A stretch of DNA of 64,000 nucleotides. Origin: Dicyema japonicum. Taxonomy: Eukaryota; Animalia; Dicyemida. The notes beneath the pieces are model-generated. The model had not been told where the DNA came from, did no database searches, and worked only from the letters and a program-made list of their open reading frames with translations. Shown here piece by piece: positions 11,150 through 23,784 of the stretch (position 1 is the stretch's first letter; every line of letters begins with the position of its first letter). The stretch lies in contig RDEW01000033.1 of assembly GCA_011109175.1 (NCBI GenBank), positions 434,001-498,000 on the forward strand, in the 5' to 3' direction. A program made the position numbers and the translations under genes.

Positions 11150-13300
11150 GCCTACCCTCACTCGAATGTTGCATATCTTATCGTTGCAGAAAGGTTAGAT
11201 CCCCAGATATTACATGCGTATCCTATTGTAGCCTCAATGAACTGTTTGTGTATGAAATCCAGACCACTCATATCTTTTTTGTCTCTTAGGTTTCCCAAGA
11301 ACGCCTTCAGGAAGTTGATTTTCCTCGTACAAGTCAATAACATATTTTCGACATGTTTTGTAAAGGTTAGGAATGTGTCAAAGGTAACTTCCAGGATTTT
11401 CTGGTATTTGTTTTACGGGATATTCTTGCCATCCAGTGTGACGTCAATTGATACTTTCCCTAGTCTTCTGTTTGTCGTGAATAGGGTCAACACCGACTTC
11501 TCCGGGCTAGCAGTCAATTGATTTTCCAAATCCATAAACTTTAATTCAGATTGTCCTGTATTCTTCTCGTTGCTTCCCCAATACTCACATCCCTTGAGGC
11601 AATGACTATATCATCAGCAGACGTTAATAATATGTCATCGTCCCCCTGAGGGAGTGGCAAGTCATCCATCATAACGTTAAACAAGAGGGGAGATAATGGG
11701 GAGCCCTGGAAAACACCATTTGCTAATAGTCTCGATACGGAACATCGATTCTTAGTGTACTCCTCCTCGTCGACCACTCAATAAATTTCCCAACCATAAT
11801 TTCAGGTTTGCGTCAATGTTCGACAAATATATTTTGTGCGTGATAATCTTCCTCGAAACCGAGTCAAAAGCCTTCTGGATATCAATTCAGCATACAATCG
11901 TCTTTTTCTGTCCTGGTCTTTTGTTAAGGTCATCTGTTATGAACTGTGATAATTGATCGTCCCTTTTTTAAAACCATGCTGAAATCTGGCATCCGGAAGA
12001 GAATGTTGTGTGAGTGTCACAACCATTTTTCTAGGACTCTCGTCTGGACGCATAAGAGCGACAAAAGCCTGTAAGAAGCAGGGTCTTTCCTTGGTTTCCC
12101 AGGATTCAGTATTGTATGAATATTCAAAAATTTCCATATAGCGGGAATACAGTTGAAGTTGATTGAGTAGTTGAAGATGCATGTTAGTGCTGATACTCCC
12201 ACTGTGCCCATCTTTTTCAACAGAATAACCGGGATCCCGTCTGGTCCACAGGAATGTGTGTTCTTTGCTCAATAGATCTCCAAAGCGACATCTCCAGGTA
12301 GAACATACATTGTTGGATGCCTCCTTTTCGGTTTCGGATTTTGTGTAGAGGAATATCCATCCTTTGGAATGGTTTGTGGCTTATTCTCACACAATGTTTG
12401 ATAAGTTTATTCAGATCCACCTTTTGTTCACAGTTTCTTTTAATACTGTTTTCAGCGTTTTTGACATTTCGCAACATCTTCCACATATTGGTAAGTGAAC
12501 TATTTTTTTCATAGCTCTAAAAATTCGGCCCAGTTTTGTTTTTGGAGAAGTTTTGTCTTTTCGTCGATCTTCATGTTCAATGCATGATTTCTGCTGGCAT
12601 CATGTTTTGTTAGGTGCTTTTTACATTTGGGACAATTCCTTTCTTTTATTAGTTGGATTGTGCTATCATCATATTTCTTTGTGAGTTTTAAGATTCCTTT
12701 TCTGACAAATAGTTTTTTCCCTTCCAAAATCACCTTATTAAAGTGATAGACAATTGAGCTGAAATTATTCGGATGGAAATTCAATAGGGCCGAATCCACG
12801 TATCTTCTGAATCCTGTTCAGTCAGCATTAATCTAGTCATAAAAAATGACGTGTTTTCACCGCGTCATTGGTGTACAATTGATCTCGATCAGAATGGGAT
12901 TATGGTCACTTTGTAAGTCATAGTTTACAGACCAGCATATAAGCGGAACAAGTCGTGGTGAACATAACGTAAATCCGGTGATGTAACCGAATCCTTGCTA
13001 TTATACGGGGTTCGTGTATTTCTAGTTTGGTCGTTCATACAGATTTTCTAATTGGGAAATAATATGAAATCCCCTTGTGTCTGGAGGTTGTTTCTCATAC
13101 CACCAAGGGTGCTTGGCATTAAAATCTCCGGACACCAACAATTTTTCCATCATATCTAGGGCAGATAAATCCATAGAAAATCTTTTTGCACAGGAACCTG
13201 GGGGGGACATAGATGTTGGCGATAATAATAGCTCCGGGAGAGGTCTGTACCGAAATCCCAATAACTTCTGTGTTTGCGTCTTCTATCAGATTCCTGAATA
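11150..13300 (-). mobile_element. Degenerate Jockey/I-like LINE (APE, linker, RT)
   Basis: VSGDFNAKHPWW (APE), PASYRLLSLL, FQHGFKK, GVFQGSPLSPLLFN and SADD motifs in order, with frameshifts. Confidence 0.9.
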
Positions 13301-14010
13301 TGGAAGAGTGTTTATCGAACATAATATTATTTTTATCTACGGATGATCGCCAAAATTCAATTTTCCGTTTTAAGGTTATTACTTTATCATTCAAAATAAA
13401 AACTGTTTGATATTTTCCTTGTAGCGATAATGTAAATTTATTCAGTTTTTCATAAAATGAAACCAAATATGCAAGTCTCTGTAACCAAATATTGTTTTCC
13501 AAATTTTTGTAAATTGGAAAATTTCGATTCTCGAGAAACACAACAAGCTCGTTTTGTAATTCAAACAAACGTTGCAGCGCCCTTCCACGTGACAACCATC
13601 TTACTTCTGTATGGAAAAGTAATGATGTATGATTAAATTCCATTTAACTCATCAATTTGAATAACAAAACTATTACAATTATTCAAACGAATTAGTAACT
13701 CGTTTCAATATTTCCCGAAAGTTCCTGAATTCGCCTTGAAATATTACTATTTGTCAAAGAAACAACATTTGTTCGCCATAAATACACTCGATGATCTTAT
13801 TGGAACATGGCTTTATAAGATTTTCGGCAATTTTATGTGCCTCTCTACTACGTGCGACAAGATAACTCACCTGTTTATTAAAAATGATTCTAAACTTCGT
13901 AAGATGCTCTGGTACATTCTAAGTTGTAGTCTTTTGATAAATTTGGTGTTTTCAACTTGCACCTTGTAGAAACATTTAATTTGTTTTGAAAAAGGAAATA
14001 GCTTTATCCT
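13290..14010 (-). mobile_element. hAT (Buster/ZBED-like) transposase remnant
   Basis: LLFHTEVRWLSRGRALQRLFEL...LSLQGK...KRKIEFW and upstream AHKIAENLIKP. Confidence 0.85.
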
Positions 14011-14049
14011 TTAAATGAGGATGCTTCATCAATAAATGTCTGAGTCGAC

Positions 14050-15600
14050 AACTCCGGGACTTGTTTGTCCGAGAATAGTTCTTTGTTAGGTTCTCTAACG
14101 CTTTAATAAGATTAACTAATGTTTACGTCTTTTGAGAATGGCTTGAAGTTAAGTATTGAGCACGTTTATGAGCACATTCTGGTGTATTTCGATTTTTTTC
14201 TGAACGGACTTCCCAGTCCATTTACATCTTCGAGCTTTAATTTGTTTCAGTGTCTTCCATAAATGCAGTATGTGGTTCTCCTTTGAGGAGGCCGATCAAT
14301 TGCTGTTATCTCTTAATTCACTTCCTCCCGCCATTGAGGGGGAGCACATAGTCAACTCAGGATATGTGCATGTGTCATTTATCCCCAGCGGGGTTCTCGT
14401 ATGGACATCTGAGTCATTCAGAAAGACTAGGTTCTTGAAGATGCTTGCAATGTACTCCCCCCGTTGTTGGACGGTTTGTGGTTAGTCAAAGTGGATTCTT
14501 TCCATTTAGATCGTCGCATATCACTGTCTTCCAATTCGGAGATCCAATATAACCGTGGGTTGTAGGCAGGGGGATCCCTGAGGAGGTATATATAAATGGG
14601 TCAAAATATTCCAAAATTAATGAGAGCAGCAGCTTGATTGTGATCAGTTCGGTAATAGAGTCTGGGTTCAAAAACTCTGAAATCCACGAATTAATGTCCG
14701 TGAAAGATACCCGTTATTTATAATGGTAAGTAAGCCTCCATCACAATCTCTCTCGTTTCTTGCGAATCACACTGTAGTCAAGGAAAGTAAGTGTTGCTAC
14801 AATGAAAGAGAGTTTAGACTTTCATACAGAGAAAAAAGAACATCATCCATTGTCTTTTGAGTTGTTCGGAGGCAGGACTCAAGGGTAGAGGTTTTAGGGA
14901 TTCTAACAAGGATAATCTTCCTGTGTGTTTAAATAGAAATCACCTTGAGATTGGTATTGGTTAAAGTCCTTGTTAAGCAGATTCATGATGTTAGAATATT
15001 TGTAAGTCCATACTATGGTTAAAGGCGTCATATTGGTGGAGACTATGTTTTATGGACTTATCTCAGCTAAAAATCCGGACACCTTTAATTAGTTAGTTGA
15101 CCTCATTAACTTGCAGGAGGTCGGCTGCCATCAAGCGTCCAGCTGATAATGTTGATAACTCCCATAAGTCACTTAATCCCTTAGCAGTCCAGATTCGGAA
15201 ATGATTTTGTTGATAGTATCACCGAGCTGATCATATGAGGGGATCCAAAACTCTGATCCATCTCAGGGGTGGAAATGTCCTGAGCGGATTTGCTTCTTGT
15301 GAAATCTCTATCGAGGGTTGATTCCGAATATTCTATTGGCCGGGGAAGACTATCCAGCAGCACGATTCTTTTAGGCGAAACACCATAGTAATAAGCAGAG
15401 ACTATTTTAATCTCTTCCAGACATCTTTAAGTACTCATCATGTTTCACCCAATCATTTTGTAGTCTTGATTTTTGTTCCACGATTCGTGATTTATTAGCT
15501 CTGGCATTCTACTCTTCGCATTAAATGTTAGAAATGAGCGTGAAACTGAGTCGCATGTTTCCACAGATAAGGAGTAGAATTGGCAGAGCTCTTCAAGATT
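14050..15600 (-). mobile_element. LINE debris: 3' end at ~15090-15600 and an APE fragment at ~14050-15050
   Basis: ICDDLNGKNPLW and NNRGEYIA (APE motifs); LMAADLLQVNEV C-terminus homologous to 17570-17612. Boundaries approximate. Confidence 0.65.
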
Positions 15601-15693
15601 GGTGTTAACACAGACTTTTGCAAATCAATAACCATAATATGAAATTTATAAAAGAAAAATTATAATTTAAAATAATTGGATCACGAAAAAATG

Positions 15694-16907
15694 TCAAGTC
15701 AGCGATTTTCCTCTCTTAATTCCTGCTAGCAATCTGTTGGAAGAAGCAATTGTTCTCAGGGTAAGATACTTATCTTTTCCAACTCTTCGTGACTGTTAAC
15801 TCAATTTGTTTCCAAAAAATATTAAAATATGAGAACAGACTGACCTATTTTTACTGAAAATTCAGGTATGAACAATCTAACATATAATAAAAGAAATTGA
15901 ATTCAATTTATTAAAACCAAAAATAATCCCCAAAGAGAAACCCAAGCTATCTAAGGTTGGAGCAGTCAGGTTCAACTATTATTGGTTTCAACTATAATCA
16001 AATAAGATTAATCATTACAAATCAGGTCTAACAGTACATGGAAGTTTCTCAATGAGGTGAATTGGACAGAATTATTGTCCCAATACAATTCGAATTGACT
16101 GTTCTAAAAATCACTAAAATATAAATTTACGTTGAATTCAGGATTGAGGAAATTGTGAATGGAATGCATTAGATTTTTTGTAGTAAAGGGTTCAAATGGA
16201 AGGAACCGCCTGACTACATGGTTATGGCTTCTTATTCCAACAAAGGCAGGGTAATGTCGTACTTGGAATAAATTTGTGAGGAAGTCGAAATGAAGATCCT
16301 TTTTATCCACAAAGCAAACCCCCAACTAAAATAAAACTATAATTTTGACATCATAGTATTCCTTTGTAGCATTGTTAGTTGCGTCAACTAATTCATTTAT
16401 TTTATATGATTTTTTATCAACCATTATCACAATCACATTTTTATTTCTAAATATGTCTTTATAATTGAATTTATTGAGCCAATGTTGGCCTGTTATCTCT
16501 TCAAGGTAATCTCTCATAGATTCCGTATTTCGTTCTCCTAAAGTAGACTAGATTATGAGTTACCATAATATTCTTCCAACTTTTTTCCATTTTTAAATAG
16601 GATATATGCTGGATAAGTTCCAATTCCTAATTCGCCGACTAACTTCTTATTCATAATCCCATCCACAAAACCGAACTTTATGCTACTTCCTGGGAATTCT
16701 TTAGCAAGTTTCCGAAATTCATTACGTAGAATGAGCTGACTTAAGCTTTCTAGAATGAAACTATTAGCTATAATTATAATAGGCAATAATACTGATTTCT
16801 ACAAAAAACAATTCGGATTGATCAATTGTCTTATAGAAATTTTTATTATTTAGATGTATGACTTTCTGAAAAGTAAGGTCAATCAGAAAAAGGATAATGT
16901 AGATCAT
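15694..16907 (-). CDS. PDI/thioredoxin-fold ER protein, TMX3-like architecture, lacking CxxC
   Basis: Signal peptide MIYIILFLIDLTF; thioredoxin fold (VIHLNNKNF...FFVEI...KFGFVDG...LGIGTYPAYILFKNG...YYGER); introns 16768-16792 (25 nt), a 26-nt one near 16540-16565 and a 24-nt one near 16326-16349; hydrophobic segment near 15920-15960. 3' exons are tentative. Confidence 0.65.
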
Positions 16908-17059
16908 TATTACCTACTTTTATTAATAATTTATTATATGTTTGGTTTGCCAACCTAATCTTAAAATAATTTATCATTTTTTATAATTTAATTATACAAA
17001 AAATTAAAAATAAACGATAAATTTGAATTAGTTCAATTTTTTCGTATCAACTGAATTAA

Positions 17060-17627
17060 TTTGGTATATCGATTCAAAAGGATTTGGAATCTGGAAATGA
17101 GAGCCTTGGAATTCCTCTCCCAAGCCTACAGTCTAGAACATCCCTGCCACTCCCTATGCAAGCCGCAAAACAAAAGGAAAACTATTATGACAACCAGTGA
17201 CCTGTCTCGGATGTTATCATCCATTCCTTCCATCCCCAATGACAGGAGTCGTCTGAAACAGATACACGATTTTGTTTCTACAAGAAGCATCCGAAGACTC
17301 GGAGACAATAAAATATTACAGCGACCCCCTCCTCCAATAGACCAATCAGAATCCTCTCTTTCAAGGGACGTGCGAGTAAACCTGGCTCGTCTACGATGTG
17401 GGCACCACCCATATCTACCAGCTTATGATATACTCTGCCCCTTTTGCAACCTCCACGTGGTGACAACAAATCACCTATTTCAATGTCATGAATTGGCACA
17501 ACATTTTTCTACAATGCCGGAATTAACCGATCTATGGGAGCGACCAACATCTGCTGCGTACTACTTAATAGCTGCTGATCTCCTGAAAGTTAGTGAGGCT
17601 GGGGTTACTTAACTAACTAACTAAGGA
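17060..17627 (+). mobile_element. LINE 3' end with C-terminal CCHC knuckle
   Basis: LARLRCGH...CPFC...NHLFQC motif; ends SEAGVT* followed by a (TAAC)n tail. Confidence 0.85.
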
Positions 17628-17629
17628 TT

Positions 17630-19340
17630 TGGAAAAGCCCAGGTACACCTAATTCCCACCGAAAAAATGATCTTTAGACCCCCTTCTCCCTGGGACATTC
17701 TCGTCCTCGGGCGATGCATTCCGCGGAAGATCTTACCTTCCCAGAGGAAATCCTCAGCCCATCAAAGAGAAAAGCACTTTTTGCTCTTCAGCTTAACATA
17801 ACTGGAATTAAAGAGAAAATCAGGAAACTCCAATCACTCGTGGCAAGTCAGAAGATCAACGTGGTTATGACAAAAGACCAAACTCACTTTTAATGACCCT
17901 ATCTCTAAATTTTCGGATGCAAGGCTATCAGGGTGGACCGTAAAGAGAGATGATGTAGAGGTCGGCTCACTCTATTCAAAAACCTGAAATGCAGAGACAT
18001 CACAGAAATGAGTAAAGTTGTTGGGGATGATGAGGTTACCGAAATAATTGGAATCTCGCTCGGGACAATGAAAGGAAGACTAGGATTCCCCTGATCCCCT
18101 GCTCTGTTTAACTGTTTTCTGGCCGATCTCCCGACTCTTGAATATGATAATGAGGTTCTACTCTCCTATCTGGATGATATTGTTTTGGCATCAAGGCCAC
18201 AGAAAGAATAAAAATTAACTGGACTAGCTTATGCCTGGATAATGAAACCGACTCATGGTGAATGCAGAGAAGTCGTCTACGTCCTTTTTTACCTCTGACA
18301 AAAGATTGGTAAGGAAGACAGTCACTTTGAAGTTAAAAAAGTCGACATCTCTTTGAACAGATGTCAAAGTATCTCCATCTGATAAGCATCTCTATCTGAT
18401 GCCACACGTAGAAAACATTCTGTTGAAATGCGAGAAGAAACTGAACGTATTAAATAGTTTATCGGGAATATGGATGAGTGGTTCTCACCCGATCCTCATG
18501 AACGTGTACAGACAGTACATATAACCATGTTTCTCATATGCATGCGTTTCGTGGGGACCTTCCAACAACGTGGACAAAGTCTTCTAACTCATTCAAAACC
18601 GAACCCAAGATTTAAAGGATTCTTCTTTATGGTTGCTGACCAAGTGAATCATTCAAAGGGTGGAGGTGTGCTGATAATGGTGCAGGATGCCATTCCCTTC
18701 ACTAGCACAACCGACGCTACATGTCAATTTGTGTATTTCCCCTTTATCCAGTTGTCACAAAGGACATAAACTATATTTCATGACTTTCATCATTGAGGAA
18801 TCTAATTGTTTGTTGAGACTTCAACGTAAAGAACTCTCTGTGGTTTCCCTGCGATATCTCCGATCCAAAAGGTCTTTACTAAAGACTCAAATACTTTTCA
18901 AGATCTTACCTTATGTTCTTCTGAGCTTTCATCTTTACTTCCTGGAGTGTCATATTGATCTCCCATAAGATTGCAATTCCATCCATTGTCCATCAAAATG
19001 GGTGCAACAAAATCTCACTTCAAAGATTTTTATGTAGCAAATTTTAATTCCATTATAATTTTCGCTGATCGAAAATCCATTCCAGGGGTGATTCCCAGTA
19101 CTACTCGTTTCTTAGCAGTGAGATCATAGCCCTTAAAAAAGAAAGACGTACTTTAAACAAGCAACACCTCTGAGACGCATCTCTGTAATAAACTTTCCAC
19201 CTTAAATCAGAAGATTTCCGAACTGACTTATCACAGAAATAGATGGAACGAATTTGTCTCCAGTGTGAATTACGGAACAAAGACTTCAGAATTTTGGAAT
19301 ATTCAAAATATATCTCAAATTCACAGGCGAAAAACATAAA
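17630..19340 (+). mobile_element. Mosaic of LINE fragments (RT 18060-18560, APE 18570-18770, linker ~19090-19340)
   Basis: RT fragment nearly identical to 6900-7460; KGGGVLIMV (APE); WNEFVSSVN linker. Confidence 0.7.
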
Positions 19341-19639
19341 ATGCTAAACAGTGATTATCTCCGAAGACATAATGAAGTGGTAAAGTGTATCCCTCTTCAT
19401 CTTTGTCGAGGTTATGGAATCAAAAGAAGCCTTAAATGGATTCTGATTTGTTTGTATCAAAAGAAGATATTTAAACAATAGAAGTCAGGTAGCTGCCGCC
19501 CTCACTGCGTGGCTGTTCTCTCTCAAAATTGCAAGCGAAATTCGCTCAAATTAGCCAGCGGCGTTCACGGAGATCTCCAGTGCATGAAGTGATCCGGTTT
19601 CCAAGACGTCCGAAAAACTCGAGTGTAGAGGGGGAGTAG

Positions 19640-20215
19640 GATCCGGAAGTCTCCAGCCTGAAATTGAAAGGACATTTGGTTCAGTCAATATTGATGACTC
19701 AAAATGTCGAAATCAGAGTTGACACGTCGATTATGACAGAAACAAAAGTCAATAAACCTAATATTTTTGTGAATGACAAAATAAAGAAAGAAGTAACCTT
19801 AATCGAAGTGGGAATTACCTCACAAGACCGACTAAAGCAAGTTGAAGTTGAAAAACTCCACAAATATGACTTGCTTGCAAACTAACTTTGGCTGCTCTAT
19901 GAATGCCAAGTGAAGATTATTCCAGTGGTTTTGACATGGAGTTGTCTCAAGATGCTTCAAGAATCATATGGATAAATTATCTATTGAAGAATCAACGAGA
20001 ACTTACATCCAATCGGTTGTGCTGAAGAGAACGCTCGAAAGTATGCTCATTGAACATAAGCATGGGATGAAGGTATACGATGAAGAGTACGCCTCTGCTA
20101 CCTTCCAACTTGAAAAACTGAGGATAGCCCATTGGACTTTAAAAAAGAAATTTCGACTGAATCTGATGTGGAGATGGTGAATAACAGGGAGTTTATGGCA
20201 CACACTTCTTCTAAG
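19640..20215 (+). mobile_element. RLE-type (R4/NeSL-like) non-LTR retrotransposon, endonuclease/3' fragment
   Basis: EIRVDT...KPNIFV.DK...TLIEVGITSQDRL...EKLHKYDLLAN...KIIPVVLTW...IQSVVLKRTLES, a PD-(D/E)xK restriction-like endonuclease. Confidence 0.85.
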
Positions 20216-20919
20216 AGAAGAGGGATTATCAACAATCTGTATTAAAATCCGCTTAATTGGTTAATTTACTGTCAATTTTCTTAAGTAAAGTTTAAATTAA
20301 GTTATTCTTACCAATTTTACCAATAAAGTTACTATGATAAAAATAACTTATAAAAATCTTCTTTAAATATGACTGAGGTTATTCATTTAATAAATCGAAA
20401 GATCTTTTCGAAAATATTTATTAGGGATTGTGGAACATACAAGTTCATCGAGCTTTCCAGAGCCATTGTCTAAAATGAGTTGGAAAGTGCATCTCAGCTA
20501 TCCATGAAAATGAGAGACGAAGACATATTTATGAGAACCACGTTAACTGATGCCTCTCAATATTTCACGTGGAGTCTGTTGATCAGTCGAATCAGTGAGG
20601 GACAACTCGCTTAGAAGCATTATGTAGTAAATATAATTTTTATTTTTTTAATGTGGCGATGAAGATCACTTCATGTTCGAGGGGAAATTGGCCTACTAAG
20701 GATAGCACTACCTATCATACTGCACAAAGATTTCCAAAGAGTGAGGAAATGCCTAAAAAGGAGACGATCTGGACGAGCTGAGATTGCGTGTAACCATCTA
20801 GGATGAAAGAGGCTAACTTATAACAATTCTTGTGTTGCGCATGCTTTACTATAACAATTATGGCAATTTAATAATAAATAATTTTTTCCATTAAACACGT
20901 TTTATTTAATAATAAATAT

Positions 20920-22990
20920 TATTTACTAACAACCCTACATTCAATACAAGGACTCCCTATAGAGCGAATGACAAGACATCGTCCCCCGATCTCACTCTTG
21001 CCTCACCTAACATCGCAACATTAACAAAATGGACAGTGCTATACGAGACCAGCAGTGACCATAATCCCGTTATGATTACGTTTGAAGAAAGAGTGTCAAT
21101 TGTAAAGAAACCTGTTTTATTTACCGACTACAAAAATGTCGACTGGAAAAATTTCTCAAATTTTGTCGATTATTATCTACTTAACTTTCATTTATCCAAC
21201 TTCAACTCCATCGATAAAGCACTACACTATTTTAATAGAGTGGCACGCGTAAGAATGAAAATTTGTATTAAAAGAAGGCCACTGACCTCACGAAAGAATT
21301 CTTCCCCCAGAGCCGATCCACTCATAAAGGAAAGAAATTACCTAAAAAGCCTCCAAAAGCAATTCTGGGAAACAAGATTGAGAATTCGTACATTAGAAAA
21401 AGAGATCAGGAACAATGCAACGAAGAAACAAGAGAAAGTTTGGAAAAACCTCATGTCCAATTAAACAAGCAGAACTCCCTTACAAAAATGTGGAAAACAC
21501 TTAGAAGCTTTAGTAACGCTGACAACCCGGCCACACGTGATGAAATGGAAAACAAGATCTTCCTAAACAAACTTATGAAGTACTACTCCTCCACGAGTTC
21601 ATCCATCCCACACAAGAAATTCAAGGGTCCATCAATCCTAGCCTCAACGTACAGAATATGGTCAAGGGTCAAAAGTCGACTTATTCCTGTGGTCTGGACG
21701 GAATCCTGCAATAGTTCTGAAAAACATAGGCCCCTATGCTATCATGGCCCTCACAAAAATTTTCAACTTTTCAATCAACAAAAATTGTATTCCTTCCATA
21801 TGGAAGCTATCAAACATACGACCAATTCTGACATCCGGGGGACCAAAGGGATCACCAGCCTCATACAGACCAATATTTCTTTTATGTATTACAGAAAAGC
21901 TGATTTTTGAACTAATCAAACCAAACCTTATGGATGCACCTTTTCAACACGGATTCAGAAAAGGGCACTCTACAGAAACGTATCTTACATGCCTTACAAA
22001 TTTCATCAAGAATGGCCTAAAACGCAAACCTCATCAGAAGTCTTTGTTATGCTCCATCGATATAGAAAAGGCTTTTGATACTGTCCCGAGAAAGCTTTTG
22101 ACAAGGAAGATCTTTACGTCAAAAATTCCAAACAACCTGAAAATCTGAATCGCTAATTTCCTAAATGGAAGAAGAGGAAGAGTAACTGATAGAAAAACTA
22201 GATCAGTGACCAAGTTCCTTCCAAATGGGGTCCCCCAAGGATCTCCACTTCATCACACCTATTCAACCTATTCTTGAATGACATACCCTCCCTTACCAGT
22301 GACGATGCTCTGGTTCTGACATATGCGGATGATATAATCGTCGCAGTCAAAGACCAGTGCGTTAATACTGCTGTTTACCGGATACAAGCTTCATTGGACG
22401 ATCTGAACTGTTGGCTCGTTAAGAACATTTACATACAAGTCACGAATAGTCTTATACAACAATTTTCACAACAAACAGAAGATTGACAAACTCCGCTCCA
22501 AGATACTGGCGTAACTTACGACCCACTCTTGACCTTCAGCAAACACATCGACAACGTCATCTCTTCGGCACAACGAAAGCTAAATTTTGTTAAAACACTC
22601 CTTGGACAAATAAGGGGTGTTTCAACTCAAATTTGGACTCGCTCTACGTGCAGTATATTCAACCGTCTCTAACTTACGGGTGTGCTGCATGGGGAACCAA
22701 CTTATCAAACATGAATATAGAAAAAATCAATACCTTCCAAAAAATGGCCAGTAAGGCTTTGCAAAGGTTTTCTTGGAAACCTCTAAACCCTACACCCTTT
22801 GAGGAATTAGTGAGGAAAACCGGAGCCTTACTACCCTCCAAAAAAGTTAAAAACCCCCGCCCAATCCGGAAATGCGTTGGAACCCAAGAAGAACATCGAG
22901 CAAGAATGAGATGGCAACTCGAGGCGGCCGGAATCACCTGACGGCTATGTAGTTAATTAATTTGTCGGTGATTTTTGGTTTTGAATAATA
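20920..22990 (+). mobile_element. Degenerate Jockey/I-like LINE (end of APE, RT, 3' end)
   Basis: TSSDHNPV, SYRPIFLL, FQHGFRKGHST, IDIEKAFDTV, GVPQGSP and YADD motifs; C-terminus KCVGTQEEHR...EAAGIT*. Confidence 0.9.
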
Positions 22991-23177
22991 ATTTACTAAC
23001 AATCGATGACGTCTCCATATATTTTTGTATCGCTTAACACATCGATTATTAAAAGCGTCGGCAGGTGTCGAGATCATCTACTTACACGTCGAGTCCTCGT
23101 GGTCCAGGCAAATAAAAAGATTTTTCTATACAAAAGTGGACTATGTCCGCAGGCATGCGAGTTCCACTCTGACGGCC

Positions 23178-23409
23178 AAGATCCGAGCTTTAGTATTTTG
23201 TTGCCTTTAAAGACCCTTATAGCACCGGTGTGAAGGTTACTTTGTAGGTGTGAAGGCCAGCCTTCTGAATTGGTTTTNTTTAACAACGATTTTGAAAGAC
23301 TGATTTCAAAAGATCCGAGATTTAGTATTTTGTTGTCTTTAAAGACCCTTATAGCACCGGTGTGAAGGTTTCTTTGTAGGTGTGAAGGCCAGCCTTCTGA
23401 ATTGGTTTT
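23178..23409. repeat. ~100-bp direct duplication flanking an N (probable scaffold-junction artefact)
   Basis: 23178-23277 and 23310-23409 are near-identical, with a single N at 23278. Confidence 0.8.
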
Positions 23410-23451
23410 ATGTGATATCTCTTCCAAATTTCTGGGATACTATTCGTATTT

Positions 23452-23693
23452 ATCGACGTATTAAATATTGAAGCTAACATCTCTAGCGTTGAGGACCCAG
23501 ACGCCTCAGTTCCGTAATGGAAATAGAATCCGGTCCTCTGACTCTGGAATTCCGCGTCATACTCATTCAAGAATCGACGTATTAAATATTGAAGCTAACA
23601 TCCCTAGAGTTGAGGACCCAGACGCCTCAGTTCCGTAATGGAAATAGAATCCGGTCCTCTGACTCTGGAATTCCGCGTCATACTCATTCAAGA
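23452..23693. repeat. 121-bp head-to-tail tandem duplication within a LINE remnant
   Basis: ATCGACGTATTAAATATTG...CATTCAAGA occurs at 23452-23572 and 23573-23693 with two substitutions noted. Confidence 0.85.
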
Positions 23694-23784
23694 AGAAAAA
23701 ATAGTTATGTTAATTATTTTTTTAATTTATATAAAAATATAATTATAAATATTAATAAATATTTAAATATAAAACGTGTGATTA

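Noticed and set aside
19490-19575. GC-rich structured segment upstream of the RLE fragment as a ribozyme
   Set aside because: Only nested hairpins, no pseudoknot, and a single copy, so there is no covariation support.
23178-23409. Tandem duplication as a biological repeat
   Set aside because: The two copies straddle an N, typical of overlapping contig ends joined in scaffolding.
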